DNA from: Bacteriovoracaceae bacterium
GTDB taxonomy: Bacteria > Bdellovibrionota > Bacteriovoracia > Bacteriovoracales > Bacteriovoracaceae
Direction of reading: 5' to 3'
Length of the DNA: 64,000 bases
Assembly (NCBI GenBank): GCA_965140515.1
Contig: OZ223251.1
Span: 2,199,977-2,263,976 of the forward strand
The stretch's first letter is position 1. Each line of letters opens with the position of its first letter. Positions 27,639 to 36,658 of the stretch are shown here, piece by piece. Below the pieces are notes generated by a model. That model ran no database searches, was not told the DNA's origin, and was given only the letters and a program-made list of their open reading frames with translations. Position numbers and translations under genes: made by a program.

Positions 27639-29243
27639 CTATTCAAGCCCATCCCAAGGACATACCACCTTGGGAAGCTCTGATATTTTTTTCATTTTGT
27701 TATTTTCGAATCTCGATTTTTTAATTTCAGTTATATCTTTGATTTTGAAGTTTCCTTCGACATCCATACCGCCAAGTGTGAAGTTAAGGGAAAGGGTCAT
27801 ATATGGACGTGAGCTGATAGTAAAACACTTATTATCTGAACACACCTTATCAAAATATTGTGGCCAATATCTAAATTTGCTAATGGTTTGAATTCCATCT
27901 GCTCCATCGCTTCCAGAATACTGTCCAAAATCTCTGATTACTCCATAGTCTGGTAGGATGTCGTGGTCCGTGATTTCTGGAATAGGCTTTGTACTCCCGA
28001 TTGTGGGGATTCCATTGAGAAGACTTGCGGCGAAGTCCATTGTTGGGATACCTGGAAGCGGCATAAATAAAGGAGTTACGCTTTTGTTATACATCGTGAA
28101 GTCAACTTTTGGGTCTCTAAATATAAGGTCTAGTTGGTACGTCTTTTCTTCACCCAGTTGGACTCCTTTAATCACTTGAGCGGGCATATTGAGTAATCCT
28201 TGCCAGTTTGGAATGGCCACGGAGCCGTCATACCATGATTTAAGATACGCTTTTTTTCCATTTATGATTTCAGAGAAGACAACTTCTGCGACCACGGGCT
28301 TTGAGTAGTTGCAGCTTGAAGTACAAATTTCTTCTAGGCAGCTTTTTTGGCAGTGAAAGTTATCAACAAGAAGTGGGAACTTTAAAATTGCAGCATCTCT
28401 GAGATTCTTAAGTTTTATATCTCCAAATGAAACTTCTGGAACCGTGTAATTTGCGGGTAGTTGAGGGACATCTCTCCCCCAGTCATCAGAGATAGTGAAA
28501 TGCTCTGAAGTTGGCTCAAGCATAAAATTGAAAAGCTTTGATGGGAGCAGCTCAAGATCTTGGGACATTCCTGTCGGTTTACTTGCGACCCCAAATGTGG
28601 TCGCGGCATTAATCTCTCTCAGTGAGATTTTTTGAGATTGTAAAAAGTCTCGCTCAAGACAGTTTTCTTTTATTCGATGACTAACAACAAACTCGCTGTC
28701 TTTATAGATTTTAAAAAAGCAGAATCCACCTTCAATAATGGCCTTTTGCTCACTTAGTTTTTTTACAGTACACCCTTGCTGTTGAGCACGATATTTTAAT
28801 GGCCGTGATGAGTTGTGGGATATTGTCGTTTCAACGCAATTCTTAAGAAAATCGGTTTTTGCTTTGTGTTCACTCTGTCGATCATTTTCGTTAATTGGTA
28901 AATTTAAGGTGTTATTCTCGATTTTACATTTTTGGGGATCAAGTGTGTCGGTATAGGCCGTTGTGTAGGTAGATGAATCAATGGAGTATTCGTTAACTCC
29001 AAAGCCTACCATGAGAAATTTTCCAGCGGCCTTTTCACAGCTATTAACGAGAACTCCCAGCTGGTGTGTCTCCGCTTTTTCACCGCGAAGTTCGAAGCGA
29101 TAAGTCTTATTCTTTTCAAGAGATGCTGAATATGAGTAGAGATCTGGACCATGAACTGAGCAGGACGTATCAACGCTTGTGGCAAATAGACTCCCACAGG
29201 CAATAAAAATAGTAATTGTTAGTAGAGCTCGATACATCTTCAT
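27639..29243 (-). CDS. Secreted, possibly lipidated, hypothetical protein (534 aa)
   Basis: Signal peptide MKMYRALLTITIFIACGSLFA with a weak lipobox-like IAC. Cys-rich. No family recognised. Confidence 0.55.
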   Translation of the reverse strand: MKMYRALLTITIFIACGSLFATSVDTSCSVHGPDLYSYSASLEKNKTYRFELRGEKAETHQLGVLVNSCEKAAGKFLMVGFGVNEYSIDSSTYTTAYTDTLDPQKCKIENNTLNLPINENDRQSEHKAKTDFLKNCVETTISHNSSRPLKYRAQQQGCTVKKLSEQKAIIEGGFCFFKIYKDSEFVVSHRIKENCLERDFLQSQKISLREINAATTFGVASKPTGMSQDLELLPSKLFNFMLEPTSEHFTISDDWGRDVPQLPANYTVPEVSFGDIKLKNLRDAAILKFPLLVDNFHCQKSCLEEICTSSCNYSKPVVAEVVFSEIINGKKAYLKSWYDGSVAIPNWQGLLNMPAQVIKGVQLGEEKTYQLDLIFRDPKVDFTMYNKSVTPLFMPLPGIPTMDFAASLLNGIPTIGSTKPIPEITDHDILPDYGVIRDFGQYSGSDGADGIQTISKFRYWPQYFDKVCSDNKCFTISSRPYMTLSLNFTLGGMDVEGNFKIKDITEIKKSRFENNKMKKISELPKVVCPWDGLE

Positions 29244-29393
29244 TAGAATCCTAGTTAAACTTAAACGAGTGTTTATCAGGATACTTTTCAGATGTACATA
29301 AGAAACAATTTATAAGTCGATTGTTTGAAACTATTACACGTTTATTTTGATGTTCTATATGAAAAATATTTATATGGATGTTTGTGAATGACC

Positions 29394-30542
29394 TTACTGA
29401 GGAGTATTTCCCCATCTTTGCTGAGGTAATACACATGGATTATCAGATAATTGGCCCTTTTTGTATCTGATAATATATTGGCGCATATTAATAGGTATGT
29501 TTGAAGAGCAAATATTTTTTAGTTGATATTTGCCTTTACGTGAAATTTCCCTTCCAACCAGAAAATCGAGTCCGCGCTCGATATTTTGGTCACTCATTTC
29601 TCCTTCTTGATCAAAACTTTTTACCTTAAGCCAGAGACCTGCTAATCCCATAATTGATTCGAAAATGATCCTATCTCTTGATGTTGTGGAGTAGTTGTAT
29701 TGAAAATCTGCATCCATGCATTGGGGGGGGGTTACATTTAATGAGAGACTTACTGTACGTACTCTTGATTCAAGGAGCGTGCAAATATTGCTGATGTGTC
29801 TCTCTACTGCCTCTTTAATCGTCTCTTTTCTTTTTCTAATAAGTTTCTTTATCTTCCTCATTGCTTCTGCTTCACCGAACTCTCTTACCAGTTGATACTG
29901 CTCGAAGTTTTCAGATGGAAGTGATAGCTCTTTTCCAATTTGATCTGAGGTTCTTAATCGTAAAAATCCGTAAGGAGATTCTGTAATAGGTCTTGCAGGC
30001 ATCCCAACTCTTTGTAATATTGGCCTTACCACACGTGGTACTGTTGAGTACCACAGCTCAATATTCCCATTATTGCGTATATCTTTAATTAAATAGCTGT
30101 GAAAATTTCCACTGCTTTCTCGATAAATAAAAATATCCCCACTTCTAATCTCTGAAATCGGAATTGGGTAGCTGAAGTCATCTGCTAGTTGATAGCTTCC
30201 GAATGACAATGCAAGGTCTTCTATCAATAGTTTAACTCTTTCAATTTCGGATTCAACTGAGTCATACTCTGAACTGCGATTGCTTAATTTGTTGGGGGCC
30301 TGAAAAGGTAATGAATGTTCATAAGAAAATATCACTCGCTGGGCAAGGATGAAGTCTGCGCAATCCGTTTTCACTCCATAAAATGGGGACTCTTGATTGC
30401 TAAAGATATCGCTTGATAGCGTTTTTTTAACCCACTTGCTATATTTCGCCTCCCATCCTGTGTCCCAAGCATTAGTGTCTTCCCACACCACTGCGAGTGA
30501 GATATTTGAAACTATTAATAGGAATAGAACAGACCATTTCAT
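29394..30542 (-). CDS. Secreted hypothetical protein with a possible NlpC/P60-like Cys/His signature
   Basis: ATG 30542 gives MKWSVLFLLIVSNISLA; the ORF track starts at 30590 and overlaps the upstream gene. TDCADFI ... SGDIFIYRESSGNFHSYLI resembles the DCSGxV ... GDLxF...HVxIY pattern. Contains a C9 tract (29723-29731). Confidence 0.45.
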   Translation of the reverse strand: MKWSVLFLLIVSNISLAVVWEDTNAWDTGWEAKYSKWVKKTLSSDIFSNQESPFYGVKTDCADFILAQRVIFSYEHSLPFQAPNKLSNRSSEYDSVESEIERVKLLIEDLALSFGSYQLADDFSYPIPISEIRSGDIFIYRESSGNFHSYLIKDIRNNGNIELWYSTVPRVVRPILQRVGMPARPITESPYGFLRLRTSDQIGKELSLPSENFEQYQLVREFGEAEAMRKIKKLIRKRKETIKEAVERHISNICTLLESRVRTVSLSLNVTPPQCMDADFQYNYSTTSRDRIIFESIMGLAGLWLKVKSFDQEGEMSDQNIERGLDFLVGREISRKGKYQLKNICSSNIPINMRQYIIRYKKGQLSDNPCVLPQQRWGNTPQ

Positions 30543-30586
30543 GGGCGTTTGATACCATTTCTTTTCTGATGTGGGAAATCGAATTT

Positions 30587-31360
30587 TCAATTGAACTTAA
30601 GTGATGGAAAATACTTTGTCCTTCTACGTTTATTTTCATCATTAACAAGTCTTTCAATCTCACCCGATTTCTTCATTTCCTCAATAACTTTATTGAGCTT
30701 CGTAATAAAATCTTTGGCCACGGGGTTGCTCTTGTTACAAATAACATGTGTTGTGTAGATCTTGATTGGTTGATTTATTACAGTGATACTGCTTTTGTAA
30801 TTGATATATTTCGATGAGATTAGATATTTGATAGTGGATTGTTCTTCTAAGATTGCATCTACTCTTCCTGAACCGAGCATCTTTATCAGTTCATTGACAT
30901 CACCGGCGTTGATATAGCGAATTCCTGGAATGTTGTAGACCTCTTTTGGATATGCATACCCATTTGCGAGACCAATTCGAAGTCCCTGAAGATCGTTAAG
31001 AGTATGAATTGTTTGCTTCACAATCTTATTGATTGCAATGACCATAGTTGTACTTATTACCGGCGATGAGTATAGGAAACGTTTAGAGCGGTCCTCTGTA
31101 TAATACGCCCCTCCCGCGCAGAGAATATGATTTTTTTCTACTTCACGAAGGGCCCTATTCCAAGGATACCATTCGACCTTTAGCTTGTAGTCAAGTTTGC
31201 TCAATGCCTTTTTTAAAATAATGGGGAATATTCCCCCATCTTTCATAAAGCGAGAACTGTAAGGGGGCCAATCTGTTTCAAACGCAATTCTCATCTCATT
31301 GGCAAAAGTCATCTGGGTAAAGAGCAAGAATGTTAGGATTAGAAATCTTTCAAATCTCAT
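30587..31360 (-). CDS. Periplasmic solute-binding protein family-3-like protein (orphan)
   Basis: Signal peptide, ~250 aa. WPPY and GLANGYAYP-type blocks typical of PBPb-type binding proteins. No ABC permease or ATPase nearby. Confidence 0.55.
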   Translation of the reverse strand: MRFERFLILTFLLFTQMTFANEMRIAFETDWPPYSSRFMKDGGIFPIILKKALSKLDYKLKVEWYPWNRALREVEKNHILCAGGAYYTEDRSKRFLYSSPVISTTMVIAINKIVKQTIHTLNDLQGLRIGLANGYAYPKEVYNIPGIRYINAGDVNELIKMLGSGRVDAILEEQSTIKYLISSKYINYKSSITVINQPIKIYTTHVICNKSNPVAKDFITKLNKVIEEMKKSGEIERLVNDENKRRRTKYFPSLKFN

Positions 31361-31493
31361 TTTAATCTATCGGCCTCCTAATATTATGCTAAACAATTCT
31401 AATTTCTTAATAGGCGTATCGACCAGATTTCAATGTAATGGAGTTAATTCAAATTAAATTGGGATTATGCGTTAATCTGATTCTGCCCACCGT

Positions 31494-31522
31494 TTGCCAA
31501 AGTGGAGCTATGTTCATATAAT
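31494..31522 (+). promoter_or_regulatory. Sigma70-type promoter candidate for iorAB
   Basis: TTGCCA (31494-31499), a 17-nt spacer, then TATAAT (31517-31522). Confidence 0.5.
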
Positions 31523-31570
31523 CACAGGGATTTTAATTCAAAATACTAAACCCTAAACTTGAGGTACCAA

Positions 31571-33208
31571 ATGGATCAAAAGCAATTTTTGGCCCTTGGA
31601 AATGAAGCAGCAGCAATGGCAGCAATCGATGCTGGCCTTTTCGGTTTCTTCGGATATCCAGGGACTCCTTCTACTGAAGTCTTTGAAGCAGGTGAAGCTT
31701 TAATTGAAAAAATGAATGATGGACGAATCGCTAAATGGGGACCAAATGAAAAAGTTGGTTACGAAATGGCGCTTGGTTGTTCATACGTTGGAAAGCGTGC
31801 AATCTGTACAATGAAGCACGTAGGTCTTAATGTTGCGATGGACCCATTCATCAGCTCTGCTTTTACTGGAGCAAATGGTGGATTTGTTATTCTAGTTGCT
31901 GACGACCCAAGCATGCACTCTTCTCAAAATGAGCAGGACTCAAGAATGCTATCTCGTTTTGCGATGATGCCTTGCTTTGAGCCTTCAAACCCACAAGAAG
32001 TTTATGACATGACATATGAAGCGTTTGACCTTTCAGAAAAGCTCAATATGCCAATCATGCTTCGAATGACAACACGTACTTCTCACTCAAGAGGTATTGT
32101 TAATAGAAAAGAAACAAGACCTATCGCAGAGCGTGGGCTCCAATCCATTGATTCAAAGAAACAATGGGTTCTAATGCCAATGAACGCAAGAGTTAGAAAC
32201 AGAGACTTACGAGCTCGCCAAGAAGAGTTCGCTGTTCAAAATAATCAATTCAATACACTTACGAACAAACCTTCGAGAAAAGCGATTGTTACAAGTGGTA
32301 TGGGGAAAGCATATTTTGAACAACTTCTTATTGAAGAACCTTCTGTTGCAGAATACTCAAGACTTGATATCAAAGCATATCCAGTTGATGAGAAACTATA
32401 TAATGATCTACTTGCTAATAATGATGAAGTAATTGTTTTCGAAGAAAGTTATCCAATGACTGAAGACAAGCTTATCGATAAAGCATATGGACTTAATGTT
32501 AAGATTAAAGGTCGTCGTGATGAAACTCTTACTATCGATGGAGAGTTAAATCCAAAGAAATTAAGACAAGCACTAGGTCTTTCACTTCCCAAGTCTAAAG
32601 CTGAGTCAGCAATGGACCTCACAATTCGTCCTCCAAAGCTATGTGATGGATGTGGACATGCTGATGCTTTTCTAGCTCTTAAAGAAGCTTACAAACAGAT
32701 CGGTAACGAAGATCAAAGAGTATTCGGAGACATTGGGTGTTACACCCTTGGTTACAATGAGCCATTCAACGGTATTCACGCAACGATCGAAATGGGTGGA
32801 TCATTTGGTATGGCCTATGGTGCTGCGATGTCTGGACATGAGCCATCTGTTGGTGTTCTTGGTGACTCTACCTTCTTCCACTCTGGTATCAATATCATGA
32901 CAGCTGCTGCTGATTGCGGAAAAAATGTTAACTTCGTCGTTATGGATAACAGAATTACAGCAATGACTGGGCAACAAGAAACTGTTGTAATGAACAGAAT
33001 TGAAGATACAGCTCGTGCTGCTGGATTCTCTGATGAGGATATTATTACTCTAACTCCTCTAAAGAAAAACCACGAAGAGAACGTGGCCAAGGTTGTTGAA
33101 GCTCTTAGGAAGCCAACACCGTCTGTTATTATCTTTAGACGTGACTGTATTGAAGCGATGAGAAAAGGTCGCTATAAGCAAATTGCTGCTAGAAAAGAGG
33201 AGAATTAA
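31571..33208 (+). CDS. iorA: Indolepyruvate:ferredoxin oxidoreductase alpha subunit (TPP-binding); no ferredoxin-type Cys cluster seen
   Basis: N-terminal GNEAAAMAAIDAG..GYPGTPSTE. TPP motif GDSTFFHSG...VMDN. ATG 31571 follows GAGG. No CxxCxxCxxxCP motif in the 545 aa. Confidence 0.75.
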   Translation: MDQKQFLALGNEAAAMAAIDAGLFGFFGYPGTPSTEVFEAGEALIEKMNDGRIAKWGPNEKVGYEMALGCSYVGKRAICTMKHVGLNVAMDPFISSAFTGANGGFVILVADDPSMHSSQNEQDSRMLSRFAMMPCFEPSNPQEVYDMTYEAFDLSEKLNMPIMLRMTTRTSHSRGIVNRKETRPIAERGLQSIDSKKQWVLMPMNARVRNRDLRARQEEFAVQNNQFNTLTNKPSRKAIVTSGMGKAYFEQLLIEEPSVAEYSRLDIKAYPVDEKLYNDLLANNDEVIVFEESYPMTEDKLIDKAYGLNVKIKGRRDETLTIDGELNPKKLRQALGLSLPKSKAESAMDLTIRPPKLCDGCGHADAFLALKEAYKQIGNEDQRVFGDIGCYTLGYNEPFNGIHATIEMGGSFGMAYGAAMSGHEPSVGVLGDSTFFHSGINIMTAAADCGKNVNFVVMDNRITAMTGQQETVVMNRIEDTARAAGFSDEDIITLTPLKKNHEENVAKVVEALRKPTPSVIIFRRDCIEAMRKGRYKQIAARKEEN

Positions 33209-33209
33209 G

Positions 33210-33785
33210 ATGAGCGAAAAAGTATTTGGTGTTGTTGTTGCTGGTGTCGGTGGACAAGGTGCAATTACTGTTGCTCAGCTTGTTCTTGGAGCAGCATGGA
33301 AAGCGGGTTACCACACAATCCAATCAGAAGTTCACGGAATGAGTCAACGTGGTGGATCTGTTAATGCGCAGATTCTTTTTTCAAAAGTTCCAGTAACTAG
33401 TCCTATTCTTATGGAAGGAACTGGTGATGTTCTTTTAGGAATTGAACCTCTTGAAACTCTACGTTATTTGAATTTGATGAGTGAAGATGCTCTTGTGGCA
33501 AGCTCGTTAAATCCAGTAATCAATATGTCTCAGTATCCAGATGTGGAAACTGTAATTAGTGAAGTAAAGAAAGTTGACGGTGTCGTTGCTATCGATACAG
33601 AAGCTGTTGCAAAAGAGCTTGAAAATCGTCATGCCGGTAATGTTGTACTTCTCGGAGCTGCTTCAAAGAAAATGCCTTTCTCAGATGATATTTGGGAACA
33701 GGTATTTACTGAGAGATTTAAGTCAAAAGGTGACGCTGTTATTCAGAAAAACCTTGATGCTTTCCGCTACGGACAAAAGCTATAG
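33210..33785 (+). CDS. iorB: Indolepyruvate:ferredoxin oxidoreductase beta subunit
   Basis: VVAGVGGQG N-terminus and ~190 aa. ATG 33210 follows GAGGAG, 1 nt after the iorA stop. Confidence 0.75.
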   Translation: MSEKVFGVVVAGVGGQGAITVAQLVLGAAWKAGYHTIQSEVHGMSQRGGSVNAQILFSKVPVTSPILMEGTGDVLLGIEPLETLRYLNLMSEDALVASSLNPVINMSQYPDVETVISEVKKVDGVVAIDTEAVAKELENRHAGNVVLLGAASKKMPFSDDIWEQVFTERFKSKGDAVIQKNLDAFRYGQKL

Positions 33786-33790
33786 TTTAA

Positions 33791-33811
33791 AAGGCCCCTA
33801 AAAGGGGCCTT
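33791..33811 (+). terminator. Hairpin between iorB and the acyl-CoA synthetase gene (partial terminator or processing-site candidate)
   Basis: AAGGCCCCT-aaa-AGGGGCCTT forms a 9-bp stem. The T-tract is poor. Confidence 0.35.
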
Positions 33812-33831
33812 ATATCATTTGGAGTATACAC

Positions 33832-36003
33832 ATGAGTTTTATTCATGAGTCAAAAGTCTATAACCTTTTAAAAGAAAATGGAGTAGGTACCCCCCTTTTT
33901 GGTACCCTGCCTCCGAACTGTTCTGATGCTGATATTGACGCTCTCCCTTTTAAAGAAGGTGAACGAGTTGTTATTAAGGGGCTCGCAAAAGATCTATGGC
34001 ATAAGTCTGATGAGGGCGCTCTTAAATTTATTGAGTTCTCAAAAACTAATATGCTTGATGCCCACAATGAAATTATGATGAATCTTAAAGGCAAGTACGA
34101 GTACATTGAAACTCTTGTTTGTGCCATGGTTCCTTTTAAAACGACTTCAAATCTTCCAAGTGAAGGATTTGTTAGTATTAATCGCGATGATTCTTCTGGA
34201 ACCATTATTAACTTTGGAATTGGTGGTATTCATACAGAAGCATGGGCCGCAGAGCTTAAATCTAAAATCCTTCAATGGCCAATTTCTGTAATGACTCCAG
34301 AGCGAGCTTTTGAAGAACTCAAAAATCATTGGATTGGACGTGTTTGGCTTGGAACCCTTCGCCAAGGTAAACAACTTGCAACAGAGGATACTCTTTTTAG
34401 CTTTGTTAAGGGACTATGGGAAGTTGCAAAGGTTGTTGAAAAAGAGAATCTAGACCTACTTGAAATGAATCCTGTTGTATTAGATGGCCAAGGTGTTCCT
34501 ATGGCAATTGATGGAGTGGGAGTTCAGGGAAAAGAGAAGCAGATTCCTAAAAAAGGAGCAATCAACCCTGATCAAGTTCTACGTCCTAAAACGGTTGCAA
34601 TTGCAGGTGTATCTGACAAGCCTGGAAATTTTGGTGGGCTTATTTTAAATAACCTTATTAATTCAAAAATTGGTGTTCAGAACCTTACTGTTATTAAGCC
34701 AAAGGCGGATGAGTTTAGAGGTGTTAAAGCTGTAAATGATATCGGTCATCTAAAAGATAATCCTGTTGATGCTCTTATCCTTGCTCTGCCTGCCCCAATC
34801 ACCGTTGCTACACTCGAACAACTATGTGCTCAAGGTTGTGGCGCTGATCTTGTTTATATTGTCGCAGGTGGTATTGGTGATGGTGCTGATAAGGACCACT
34901 TGGTTGATAAGGTTAAGGGGCTTCTTTATGAAAGACGCTCGAAAGGTGAATGGACGCCAACTCTTGTTGGTCCAAACTCACTAGGTATTGTTCTTTCTGA
35001 GCTTGATCTTTCTACTCTTTTTATTTCAAGAGAAAGATTGCCAATTCACTTTAGCCCAAAGGGAAATATTTCATTTGTAAGTCAGTCTGGTGCTTTTTTT
35101 ATTACTAGAATTTCATCAATGCAGTCTCTTCCAATTAAGTATGCCCACTGTATCGGTAATCAAATTGATATGAAGGTTAGTGACTTTGTAGATGTTTATA
35201 AAGAAGATCCAAATATTGATGTTATCGCTACTTATGTTGAAGGCTTTGATACCCACGAATGTGTTCGCCTAGCGGAAAAAGCAAAAGAGGCAATCGCTAA
35301 AGGGAAGCATGTTGTTCTTTATAAAGGTGGTAGAAGTACTGAAGGGCAAGCTGCAGCAGCTGGTCACACCGGTTCGATGGCAGGTAATTACGACCTTCAA
35401 AAGAAAGTTCTTACTGAAGCTGGAATTATTATCACAGAAACTTTTGCAGATTATTCAGCTGTTCTTAAGTGGCTTTCTGCATATCCTCAACATACTAACA
35501 TCAATTCAGTTGGTGTTATGAGTAACGCTGGTTATGAAACAGTTGGTACCGCGGATCACTTAGGTGAAGATAAGATTTCAGGTCGTGCAAATCTATTGAA
35601 GCGCATGACTGAGTCAGATCACGAGAAGTTGTCAGCGATGATTGAAAAGAATGGTCTCAAGGGGCTTGTTGGTTCTGCTAATCCTTTTGATATAACTCCT
35701 TCTGCTGGTAAAGAGATGTACATCGATGGTACGCGCTTTTTTGCCGAAACTGAAGCTGACGCTGTGGTTGCTTCAGTTATTCCACTCACAGAAAAACTGA
35801 ACCCATTCTCTAAAGAGGAAGTTGTTTGGTTCTGTGATGAGTTAAAGTCAATTTCAAAGAACAATGACCATAAGCCAATTGCTGTCGTTGTGGATTGTGG
35901 AACAATCTATGACGAATATTGTAAATGGGTAGAGGCCGAAGGTATTCCGGTCTTTCGGTCAATTGAGCAGCCGTTTAATGCTATCAAAATTATCAAGCGA
36001 TAA
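33832..36003 (+). CDS. ADP-forming (NDP-forming) acyl-CoA synthetase, fused, with the ATP-grasp segment N-terminal
   Basis: N-terminal ATP-grasp-like VVIKGLAKDLWHKSDEGALKF. Then the CoA-binding block KTVAIAGVSDKPGNFGG and the phospho-His loop AAAGHTGSMAG. Confidence 0.75.
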   Translation: MSFIHESKVYNLLKENGVGTPLFGTLPPNCSDADIDALPFKEGERVVIKGLAKDLWHKSDEGALKFIEFSKTNMLDAHNEIMMNLKGKYEYIETLVCAMVPFKTTSNLPSEGFVSINRDDSSGTIINFGIGGIHTEAWAAELKSKILQWPISVMTPERAFEELKNHWIGRVWLGTLRQGKQLATEDTLFSFVKGLWEVAKVVEKENLDLLEMNPVVLDGQGVPMAIDGVGVQGKEKQIPKKGAINPDQVLRPKTVAIAGVSDKPGNFGGLILNNLINSKIGVQNLTVIKPKADEFRGVKAVNDIGHLKDNPVDALILALPAPITVATLEQLCAQGCGADLVYIVAGGIGDGADKDHLVDKVKGLLYERRSKGEWTPTLVGPNSLGIVLSELDLSTLFISRERLPIHFSPKGNISFVSQSGAFFITRISSMQSLPIKYAHCIGNQIDMKVSDFVDVYKEDPNIDVIATYVEGFDTHECVRLAEKAKEAIAKGKHVVLYKGGRSTEGQAAAAGHTGSMAGNYDLQKKVLTEAGIIITETFADYSAVLKWLSAYPQHTNINSVGVMSNAGYETVGTADHLGEDKISGRANLLKRMTESDHEKLSAMIEKNGLKGLVGSANPFDITPSAGKEMYIDGTRFFAETEADAVVASVIPLTEKLNPFSKEEVVWFCDELKSISKNNDHKPIAVVVDCGTIYDEYCKWVEAEGIPVFRSIEQPFNAIKIIKR

Positions 36004-36007
36004 GTTG

Positions 36008-36035
36008 GAGGAGGCGAAAGCCTCCTCTTTTTTTT
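36008..36035 (+). terminator. Rho-independent terminator
   Basis: GAGGAGGC-gaaa-GCCTCCTC followed by T8. Confidence 0.75.
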
Positions 36036-36158
36036 AGATAGATATGATTTAATTTATATATTTGTAATATGACTCCCCCAATCCTATAAAGATTATCAGT
36101 TCCATTGAAGATTCATTTTTATAGTTTTATACAGTTAAAAAACTTTAGGAGATACCAT

Positions 36159-36542
36159 ATGAAACACATCATTACGATTATTGCACTACTAAGCTCACTT
36201 GCTGTTTTTGGACAAGATATTTCTCGTCAATTAGAGGATGATGCTCTACAGGCACTCGATAACATCTGCGGTGATACATGGTGTGAAGGTGATTTTGATT
36301 TTAGCTTTCAATCATTAGAGTGTGATCTCAGTAAGCAAACTTGTGAACTCTCATTCAGTTATATCGAATGGGGTGAAACAAGTGGAGATGAGTGGGAAAT
36401 AGTAAAAGAGATTCCTGCAAAATGTACTCTCGAAGGTATCACTTCCGCTTCTATGCTAGAATCACGCAATTACGGAATGCCACAAGATGATCTTTACTGG
36501 AAAGTTGGTGACTGTATTGATGAAAATTATCCTGAGTACTAA
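36159..36542 (+). CDS. Small secreted Cys-containing hypothetical protein
   Basis: ATG 36159 follows AGGAG and gives the signal peptide MKHIITIIALLSSLAVFG; the ORF track starts at 36105. Confidence 0.45.
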   Translation: MKHIITIIALLSSLAVFGQDISRQLEDDALQALDNICGDTWCEGDFDFSFQSLECDLSKQTCELSFSYIEWGETSGDEWEIVKEIPAKCTLEGITSASMLESRNYGMPQDDLYWKVGDCIDENYPEY

Positions 36543-36565
36543 TTTTTAAATAATTTTTGATATTG

Positions 36566-36593
36566 AGGCCCGCTAAGCGGGCCTTTGTCGTTT
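36566..36593 (+). terminator. Rho-independent terminator
   Basis: AGGCCCGC-taa-GCGGGCCT followed by TTGTCGTTT. Confidence 0.55.
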
Positions 36594-36658
36594 AATAACC
36601 CAATAATAAATAAAATTTACTCCTCTTTTATATCAAATGCTGTTAAACTATCTGATGG

